Source: Trichlorobacter lovleyi SZ (lineage in GTDB: Bacteria; Desulfobacterota; Desulfuromonadia; Geobacterales; Pseudopelobacteraceae). From it: DNA of 32,000 bases. The position numbers and the translations under genes are program-made. The stretch lies in contig NC_010814.1 in assembly GCF_000020385.1 (NCBI RefSeq), positions 180,001-212,000 of the forward strand. The letters are read 5' to 3'. Of the stretch, positions 25,816 through 32,000 are shown piece by piece; position 1 is the first letter of the stretch; every line of letters begins with the position of its first letter. The notes under the pieces were generated by a model. That model saw nothing but the letters and a program-made list of their open reading frames with translations, was not told the origin of the DNA and made no database searches.

Positions 25816-26403
25816 ATGCAAAAAAAGAGCACAAGGGTTCGCAAGGAAGAAATAGTTCAAGCGGCTTTAGGAGTAGTCGGCAAAAGAGGGGTGCGGTCGC
25901 TGACCATTTCCGCCATAGCTGAATCTGCCGGTATGAGCGAGGCTAATATATACCGTCATTTCGGTGGTAAGGACGATATTCTATTAGCGATGGCCGATTT
26001 CATCGGCACTTCGCTCGTGGCGAAGGCGGCGACTATCGCTGCTGGAAGCCGTAACCCGCTGGATAAACTAGAGACTATCTTTTTTTTACATATTGCATTA
26101 ATTACGGAACATTCGGGGATTCCACGTTTCGTATTCTCTGACGATATCCACTTAAGTCACAAAAATATTGCCGAGAGACTGGCGCTACGCATTTGCAACT
26201 ACATAGAAACATTGGCAGGAGTTGTTGCTGCTGGGGTTGCCGAAGGTGAACTGAGGCCTGGGCTGTTCCCAAGGGAAACGGCCTTGACACTTCTGGGCAT
26301 GATCCAGTTTACCGCGTTGCGCTGGACTATTAGTAGTGAATCCTTCGAAATTCGTCAGGAGGCGGAAAATCTCTGGCAAAATTTCAAGGAGCTTGTCAGT
26401 TGA
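25816..26403 (+). CDS. TetR/AcrR family transcriptional regulator (efflux operon regulator)
   Basis: HTH signature LTISAIAESAGMSEANIYRHFGGKDDI. ATG 25816 is preferred over GTG 25786, which lies in the promoter. Sits upstream of the TolC-adaptor genes. Confidence 0.9.
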   Translation: MQKKSTRVRKEEIVQAALGVVGKRGVRSLTISAIAESAGMSEANIYRHFGGKDDILLAMADFIGTSLVAKAATIAAGSRNPLDKLETIFFLHIALITEHSGIPRFVFSDDIHLSHKNIAERLALRICNYIETLAGVVAAGVAEGELRPGLFPRETALTLLGMIQFTALRWTISSESFEIRQEAENLWQNFKELVS

Positions 26404-26411
26404 TTTTTTTT
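26373..26411 (+). terminator. possible leaky terminator after tetR
   Basis: 7-bp stem CTGGCAA / TTGTCAG (one G-T pair) with a 13-nt loop, followed by TTGATTTTTTTT. The stem is weak. Confidence 0.35.
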
Positions 26412-26418
26412 GCCTTAA

Positions 26419-26438
26419 ATGTGAACAAACGTTCGCAT
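26419..26438. promoter_or_regulatory. 20-bp operator-like palindrome ATGTGAAC-AAAC-GTTCGCAT
   Basis: 8-bp arms match 7 of 8. Same ATGTGAA half-site and 8-4-8 geometry as 25784..25803. Overlaps the -10-like CATAAT, about 35 nt upstream of tolC. Confidence 0.5.
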
Positions 26439-26471
26439 AATATTCAATTAGATGGATAAGGGTGGTTTGCG

Positions 26472-27731
26472 ATGAAACCTGTCATTCTCAGCCTGATCGT
26501 GATTCTGATGTCTTCTTTGCCTCTTTTTGCTGCTTCCCCTCTGACTCTTGAAGAGGCGATAGCTTCAGCTTTAAAATCTCATCCTCAGGTTGTCGAAGCC
26601 AGGGAAAATCTGAACGGTGCTGAAGCTAAAACCGGCCAGCTTCTGGCAAATTACTATCCTCAGATAAGCCTGTCTGCTGACTGGATCAGAGGCCAGAGTT
26701 ACTTTCCGGCCCAGGAAACCATAAAGATTTCTGAAACCAACATCGCGTCACTGTATCTGAAACAGACCATCTATGATTTTGGTCGCACTTCCGGTGCGGT
26801 CGAAGCAGCCCGTGGCAACCGCGAAGCAGCAGACAATGCCCTTACCGTGACCCGACAGGATTTGACGTTACGTGTCAGGGTTGCATTCTATCTCGTTCTT
26901 GCGCTTGAAAAACAGGTCCAGGCCGTCAGAGAAAACGTCAAGGCTCGGGAAGACGTTTTCCGTCAGGCACAGGAATTCTTCAATCAGGGGATCAGGGCCA
27001 GAGTGGACGTAGTCAGGGCCGAGGCTAACTTTTTTGCTGCTAAAACGAATCTGATACGTGCGGAAAGCAATCGGGAGATTGCCCGGGTAGAACTTGCCAA
27101 TGCCATGGGGATTACCTCCCTTGGGGAACGTACACCGGTTGCGACGTCCTTCGCTTTACTATCTTTGCCGGAGCGTCACACGTCCCAGCAAAAGGCCTTG
27201 AGTAACCGCGCCGAACTGCAACAATTTGCGGCCATGAAGTCGGCAGCGAATGGCAATCTCACGTCAGCCAAAAGCAGCTATTTGCCGATTCTCTCCGGTG
27301 TCGCCAGCATCGGCTATGCAGACCGTGACTTTCCACCCACCGGAAATGTCTGGGAGGTCGGCCTGAACCTTACCGTACCGCTCTTTTCCGGTTTCTCTTC
27401 CGTTGAGCAGGTGCGCGAGGCTGCTGCTGCCATGAACTCCATCGAGGCCAGGCAGAACAACCTCAAACTGCAGATCATCAAAGAAGTCGAATCTGCCTGG
27501 TTTGGTGGAAACGATGCCGCTGCCCGTATGATTTCAACACAGAAAGAAGTTGATGCAGCAAATGAAAGCAAATCGCTGGCGGAGGGACGCTATCAGGAAG
27601 GGGTCGGCAGCATCATCGAAGTCACCGATGCACAGTCCCAAACGCTTGATGCCCAGACAGCAAACATTCAGGCAATGTTTGATTATTACACCGCACTGGC
27701 ACGACTCGACAGGGCTGTAGGCAAACAATGA
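26472..27731 (+). CDS. TolC family outer membrane efflux protein
   Basis: 419 aa. Signal peptide, then LTLEEAIASALKSHPQV, and two coiled-coil/beta repeat halves typical of OEP/TolC. Confidence 0.92.
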   Translation: MKPVILSLIVILMSSLPLFAASPLTLEEAIASALKSHPQVVEARENLNGAEAKTGQLLANYYPQISLSADWIRGQSYFPAQETIKISETNIASLYLKQTIYDFGRTSGAVEAARGNREAADNALTVTRQDLTLRVRVAFYLVLALEKQVQAVRENVKAREDVFRQAQEFFNQGIRARVDVVRAEANFFAAKTNLIRAESNREIARVELANAMGITSLGERTPVATSFALLSLPERHTSQQKALSNRAELQQFAAMKSAANGNLTSAKSSYLPILSGVASIGYADRDFPPTGNVWEVGLNLTVPLFSGFSSVEQVREAAAAMNSIEARQNNLKLQIIKEVESAWFGGNDAAARMISTQKEVDAANESKSLAEGRYQEGVGSIIEVTDAQSQTLDAQTANIQAMFDYYTALARLDRAVGKQ

Positions 27732-27754
27732 GAATCACCGTAAAGGAGTGCTGT

Positions 27755-28798
27755 ATGGACCTCTTGAATAGATTGGCAGGAAAGAGAAAATATCTGATCT
27801 GGGCCGTTGTTCTCGTGGCGGGAGGGATTGCTCTCAAAATGACGCTCCTGGCCCCAACCAAGGTAAATGTCGTGAGTGTTGAGAAACGCGATCTCACTGC
27901 CCAGGTCTACGGCAACGGAACGGTTGAAGCCAAGGTTGTAGTCGATGTTTCCAGCAAGATCACCGGCAGAATAGTGGAACTGTACGCTGATCAGGGTGAT
28001 CTGGTGAAACGGGGCCAACTCCTCGCCAAGCTTGAAAATGAAGACTTCCGCCACCAGGAACAGCAGTCCGAGGCTGGACTAAACAAGTCAGCGGCCAACC
28101 TGAACGTGGAACAGGCCAACCTCCAAAAGGCCCGGTCAAATCTGACCCTGGCGGAAAAAAATGCCAAACGCTACAAAACCCTGGCCGAAAAGAACTTCGT
28201 CTCCAGGCTGGAGGCTGAACAGTATGATACCGCCAGCCAGGTGGCCAGGGAAGAGGTCGCCCGCAGCCAGGCAGCTGTAGAGGCTGTGCGAATGGAACAG
28301 CAGGCTGGACGGGCCAGCGTTGGTTTTGCCCGAAGCAGGGCCGCAGATACGCTGATCTACGCTCCTCAGGATGGGATCATCATCACCCGTGACCTGGAGA
28401 AGGGAGCCACAGTATCTCCGGGGATGTCGATCTTCACCCAGGCAGACCCGCAAACCATCTGGGTCAAGGCCAACGTGGACGAATCGCAGTTGAAAGGAGT
28501 GGCTGTCGGCAGGAAAGCTATAATCACACTGCGTTCCTCGTCCGGCGAACAACTACCCGGCCAGGTTGCCCGTCTGGGGCGCCAGAGCGATCGGGTGACC
28601 GAAGAGCTGGTTGTGGATGTGGCCTTCACCGTGCCGCTGAAACAGTTCCGTCTGGGGGAGCAGTCCGATGTGTACATCGTCACGGATACAAAAAAAGATG
28701 CTCCTTCACTCCCATCCGCCGCTATTGTCGCCAGGGACAAAAAACGGGGCGTGTGGGTGATAAAAGACGGTCGGTTAACATTTAAAGGGTATTCGTAA
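27755..28798 (+). CDS. efflux transporter periplasmic adaptor subunit (HlyD/MFP family), 3' end apparently replaced by the IS
   Basis: N-terminal TM helix. Lipoyl-like motifs GRIVELYADQGDLVKRGQLLAKLE and IYAPQDGIIITRDLEKGATV with a coiled-coil hairpin between them. The sequence ends abruptly at GVWVIKDGRLTFK plus GYS-stop, where the IS end begins. ATG 27755 has AAGGAG upstream; the alternative is ATG 27728, which overlaps tolC. Confidence 0.85.
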   Translation: MDLLNRLAGKRKYLIWAVVLVAGGIALKMTLLAPTKVNVVSVEKRDLTAQVYGNGTVEAKVVVDVSSKITGRIVELYADQGDLVKRGQLLAKLENEDFRHQEQQSEAGLNKSAANLNVEQANLQKARSNLTLAEKNAKRYKTLAEKNFVSRLEAEQYDTASQVAREEVARSQAAVEAVRMEQQAGRASVGFARSRAADTLIYAPQDGIIITRDLEKGATVSPGMSIFTQADPQTIWVKANVDESQLKGVAVGRKAIITLRSSSGEQLPGQVARLGRQSDRVTEELVVDVAFTVPLKQFRLGEQSDVYIVTDTKKDAPSLPSAAIVARDKKRGVWVIKDGRLTFKGYS

Positions 28799-30276
28799 AA
28801 AGTTGTGGTTAAGAGGTTAGACCTTACTCTCTTCCAGCAGACGTAAAAGTGTTGATGTGTCCACACCATAGTTGATGGTTCTTGCTGCTGATACTGTGGG
28901 TGTGTAGTGAGTCATTCGGCCTATGGCGTACGGGTCACGCCGTTCGAATTTAGGTGTTGGCTGGATGACCTTGTGAGCGCCTTTGGTGAAAAGGATCTTT
29001 GCCCTGAGAGCATCAAACGAATAGCCCCGACCTATGCGGTTCACGCACCGGATAAGGTTGTTCAAGCTTTCAGTGTAGGCATTGGTTACAGGGTGATCAA
29101 AGTAAGCAAATATCTCAGTCCGCCAATTCTTCACTGCCGTAATCAGCGGTTTGAATGCCGTAGCCACTCCAAGAGAAAGTCCACTTTGCCATGTATCATA
29201 AGCCGCCAGAGCGTCGGAAATGTCCAGATGGTCGTAGATCCTTAAAAAATCCTCTTTAGCCTGGTAGGCCTCCCCTAGAACAGGGAAGTTTCTTGTCCAC
29301 GATTCTAATGTCAGCCGTTCAAATGGCTTCAGTTCCGACTCTCGCTTCAGGAGAAAAAAGCGATCATGCATAAGGCCTCGCCGTTGCTTCGTGGTGAGGT
29401 CTTCTCGAATGGATTTTCGTACCACTTCAAGTGATTGGTTTGCCATCCTCACTACGTGGAACTTGTCCACCACGATAAATGCAGAGGGCAATACCGCGTT
29501 GACAGCATTCTTGTATGGCAACCACATATCCATCGTAACGCATTTGATGGAGTTTCGATTAGGGAGTCTGAAGAGGTAATTCGAAACAGTAGTCTTATTC
29601 CTGTCCGACAGGATATTGACGACTTTGTTATGTTCAATGTTCGAAACGACCAGCCGGGGCTTTTTAATGATATGGATTTCGTCAATTCCCATCCATTCGG
29701 GTGTTTCGAAAATCACCGTCTCTTCGAGCTTTGCAATATACTCCCGGAAGACTGATCGAATAGTACCCTCAGTACATCCAACGTCCTCGGCAATGCTGGT
29801 GAATGTTCGCTTGAGCGACTGTTCTGCAATCCACTGATAAAGCCGTGCAGTCATGCGCTTCCCTTCAGCAACATCGGGAAGTGATTCGGTAAAGGTCTTA
29901 TTGCATTCACGGCAATGCAAACGACGTGCGGAGACGTAAATCGCAACCCGCTTCGCATGAACGAGATGGTCTCGTATCATTATCTCTTGCCGGCCACCTC
30001 CGACCAGATTATCAGAACCGCAGTGGATACATTGAGTCGGTGGATTGGCTGTTTCAGCAGCAATGTGATAATCGTGAGTGTCTTCTCTGGTAGAGAGAAC
30101 GTGATATCGGCGGAGGTTGAGGATGCTGAGCATAGAGGTCTCCGGAATTCAGTGAAGGTAAGAAAATTGGAATTCGATAGTGGGGCTAATTCCGATTCTG
30201 CTTCACATTCCTCTGTCAATTACTGCATTCACGCACCTCAAGCGCCTCAATCCGAACCTTGTCAACTTTACATCCC
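28787..30276 (-). mobile_element. ISL3-family insertion sequence (boundaries tentative)
   Basis: One transposase gene. The left boundary is inferred from the point where the adaptor gene loses sense and the ISL3-like terminus GGGTATTCGTAAAAAGTTG begins. The right boundary is a weak, gapped inverted match (GGGATGTAAAGTTG, read inward from 30276). Total length is about 1.5 kb, a size I recall as typical for ISL3. I found no direct repeats. Confidence 0.55.
28817..30133 (-). CDS. ISL3 family transposase
   Basis: 438 aa. N-terminal zinc-finger pattern CIHCGS ... CRECNKTF and a DDE-type body (GIDEIHI, VTMDMWLPY, YTESLNNLIR). GGAG 8 nt upstream of the ATG. Confidence 0.92.
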   Translation of the reverse strand: MLSILNLRRYHVLSTREDTHDYHIAAETANPPTQCIHCGSDNLVGGGRQEIMIRDHLVHAKRVAIYVSARRLHCRECNKTFTESLPDVAEGKRMTARLYQWIAEQSLKRTFTSIAEDVGCTEGTIRSVFREYIAKLEETVIFETPEWMGIDEIHIIKKPRLVVSNIEHNKVVNILSDRNKTTVSNYLFRLPNRNSIKCVTMDMWLPYKNAVNAVLPSAFIVVDKFHVVRMANQSLEVVRKSIREDLTTKQRRGLMHDRFFLLKRESELKPFERLTLESWTRNFPVLGEAYQAKEDFLRIYDHLDISDALAAYDTWQSGLSLGVATAFKPLITAVKNWRTEIFAYFDHPVTNAYTESLNNLIRCVNRIGRGYSFDALRAKILFTKGAHKVIQPTPKFERRDPYAIGRMTHYTPTVSAARTINYGVDTSTLLRLLEESKV

Positions 30277-30497
30277 GGCTAGGGAGTGATTTCATAGGTG
30301 TCCCCAAAACAACCGGCCATGCCGACAAATGTATGTGCTGTGCCTTAACTGTACTCCCTGCTGCAGGACAGTAGGCGCGATAACGCACGTCTACGCAAGC
30401 GATTACTTCCGGTTTGATCTTCGGTCTCGTGCCGGTCGCGTAGTATTTACCCTCGCCATCCGGGCACTTTGTCGCTACGAACCGCGTATCCGCTACG

Positions 30498-30540
30498 CCA
30501 AACTAAAGTCAGCGGGACACTCCAGTGCTAGCTGTCCCGC
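30498..30540 (-). terminator. terminator-like hairpin at the 3' end of the Glu/Arg-rich gene
   Basis: On the minus strand, an 8-bp stem GCGGGACA / TGTCCCGC with a 13-nt loop, followed by TGACTTTAGTTTGG. The hairpin covers the last codons and the stop. Confidence 0.4.
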
Positions 30541-31999
30541 AGGGCCTCAACTCGGGCCCCTCCAGATTGACATACACGACCACCTGATCCCCGCTTTTGG
30601 TTTTACGGCAGGCATCAACATTTTTCACCACGCGCTTGTCTGCAAAATCCTTGAATCTGGATTTGCCCACTCCAGCCACAAAATCCGCTGCCTTTTGCTC
30701 TGCACGTGCACATGCTTCTTCAAAGGTGAACGTCTCCACGTTCTTCGCACGATAATGCATCAGCGAAGTGAAGTACTCGCGTGACGGGCATATATATATT
30801 TTCTCTGCTGAAGGGCCGACGCTGCTTCCGCCGGAGCCAGAAGCCAGTTTGGCCCTTTCTGCCTCGGCTCTCTTACGCGCTTGCTCCTGTTTGCGGGTTT
30901 GTTCCTGTTGGCGTGCTTGTTCCTGTGCTTGCGCCTGTTCCTCCAAGCGTGCTTGCTTTTGCTGACGTTCCTGCTCCTGCTGGCGAATGCGGGCATCCTC
31001 CTGTACGCGCCGGGCATCAGCGGTACGTTGTGCATCCGCACGAGCGGCACGGTCCCGTTCCGCATCGCGGCGACGGTCCGCTTCACGTTCTTCCTTCTCA
31101 GCCCGGGCGCGGTCCCGTTCCGCAGCCTGTGCAGCACGCACGCGATTTGATTCGTTAATGGCGGCACTCGTCTGGCGGTCGATCCTGGCTAAGGTCGCGG
31201 CATTGTTGTTGATATTCTGCATGATCTGGGCACCGATGCTCGCATTGTAATCGCGAGTCGATTGCCGGTCCTCTGCCTCTTGCGCCTCCCGTTTTTCCCG
31301 CCATTCACGCGCTTCCCGTTCTTCATCCCGGCGGGTTTGCGCTTTCTTCTCTTCTTCATCCCGGCTGATTTGCGCTCGCCGCTCTTCTTCCGCCCTCTGT
31401 TCCCGCTCCCGCTCCTGTCGCTGTTCCTCGGCAAGCCTTTCTTCCCGGCGTTTTTCCTCCTGCTGACGGAGATCTTCTTCTATCTCGCGGGCAGTTTCCT
31501 CCCGCAGCTGTGTCACCTCCGCCGCTTCACCCGGTGTATACGGCAGGGCGGCGGCTTGGGCCAGTTTTTCCTGTCGCGCCTGCTCTGCCTTGCGTGCAAG
31601 TTCCGCCTTGCGGGCGGCTTCTTCCTTTCGTTTCCGCTCATCTTCCTGCCGCTTGAGTTCCGCCGTCACCTCCTTGCGGGCTTCCGCCAGTATTTTTTTG
31701 TCGGAAATCAACCGCACCGTCACTTCGTCCAAGGCGGCTCCTTTCACGGTAAAGGCGTCTGATACGTTAACTCCGGGTTGGATATTCACCCGCTCGCTCC
31801 TCTTTTGAGGGCCGCCGTTCTCCCAAGCAATAGTGTATTCAATCTCCACCGGGGTTTCGTAAGCGCTGCTGAAGCGCCACTGGAGATTACAGGCAGCAGT
31901 GCCACCCGGCGGGCAGTCGTTTTTGTGGCTAAACTCAATACCGTTCAGACCGCCATCGTCCAGCTTGTACCAAGGGGACCAGCCGCGGCCGGTTTCCGC
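30509..31999 (-). CDS. partial CDS (5' end off-window): large Glu/Arg/Ala/Gln-rich protein with globular N- and C-terminal domains
   Basis: The frame stays open from the stop at 30509 to the window edge. The ORF track starts it at GTG 31849, but my hand translation gives 50 more sense codons upstream (AETGRGWSPWYKLDDGGLNGIEFSHKNDCPPGGTAACNLQWRFSSAYETP). About 280 codons (30848..31686) are charged low-complexity sequence. Confidence 0.75.
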   Translation of the reverse strand, partial: AETGRGWSPWYKLDDGGLNGIEFSHKNDCPPGGTAACNLQWRFSSAYETPVEIEYTIAWENGGPQKRSERVNIQPGVNVSDAFTVKGAALDEVTVRLISDKKILAEARKEVTAELKRQEDERKRKEEAARKAELARKAEQARQEKLAQAAALPYTPGEAAEVTQLREETAREIEEDLRQQEEKRREERLAEEQRQEREREQRAEEERRAQISRDEEEKKAQTRRDEEREAREWREKREAQEAEDRQSTRDYNASIGAQIMQNINNNAATLARIDRQTSAAINESNRVRAAQAAERDRARAEKEEREADRRRDAERDRAARADAQRTADARRVQEDARIRQQEQERQQKQARLEEQAQAQEQARQQEQTRKQEQARKRAEAERAKLASGSGGSSVGPSAEKIYICPSREYFTSLMHYRAKNVETFTFEEACARAEQKAADFVAGVGKSRFKDFADKRVVKNVDACRKTKSGDQVVVYVNLEGPELRPCGTASTGVSR

Positions 32000-32000
32000 A

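Noticed and set aside
28779-30284. Target-site duplication for the ISL3 element.
   Set aside because: The 8 bp outside my proposed ends are CATTTAAA (left) and GGCTAGGG (right), which do not match. Either the ends are misplaced or the element mediated a rearrangement. The right inverted repeat itself is only a gapped match.
30760-31808. A stack of overlapping ORFs on both strands across the Glu/Arg-rich region (for example 30781..31158 plus, 31262..31762 plus, 30760..31167 minus, 31189..31434 minus).
   Set aside because: Low-complexity GAA/CGN/GCN-rich DNA is open in several frames. Only the minus frame from 30509 to the window edge gives a coherent protein with structured end domains.

Overview
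This window looks like a chromosomal segment from a Geobacter-type (Desulfuromonadota) anaerobe. I infer that from a PpcA-like triheme cytochrome c7 and the overall gene content. Everything here was read by eye; no searches were run.

Bases ~1-25.7 kb form a dense nitrate/nitrite-respiration and nitrosative-stress island. It contains, in order:
- a TetR regulator, a secreted His-rich protein, a ferredoxin and RIC/YtfE;
- a membrane protein combining one c-heme site, a CopD-like membrane core and a cytochrome-b5-like domain;
- a translationally coupled operon of a NarC-like diheme cytochrome plus narGHJI, followed by two narK transporters, a cytochrome c7 and moeA;
- a lipoprotein-type nrfA with no nrfH beside it;
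- hcp;
- an operon of a PAS-only protein, NDH-2, a NapH-like polyferredoxin and a secreted protein;
- a divergent pair of small operons: a zinc-ribbon protein on one side, and a DUF1858-like CxxC protein, a Cys-rich protein and a hemerythrin on the other.

The main findings are:
- Four near-consensus FNR/CRP-type palindromes (TTGAy-N4-rTCAA) sit in front of nar, hcp, the PAS operon and the DUF1858 operon. They imply one shared regulator that is not encoded in this window.
- Two paralogous membrane sORFs (36 and 42 aa), below the ORF-track cutoff, end the two divergent operons.
- NarK1 carries a ~99-residue insertion in its predicted periplasmic TM9-TM10 loop.
- 25.8-28.8 kb is a TetR-TolC-adaptor efflux operon with a repeated 20-bp operator-like palindrome. 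An ISL3-family IS (about 28.8-30.3 kb) cuts its 3' end, and the pump gene is missing.
- Right of the IS the context changes to a GC-rich partial gene for a very long Glu/Arg/Ala/Gln-rich protein that runs off the window.

I saw no rRNA, tRNA or CRISPR array.
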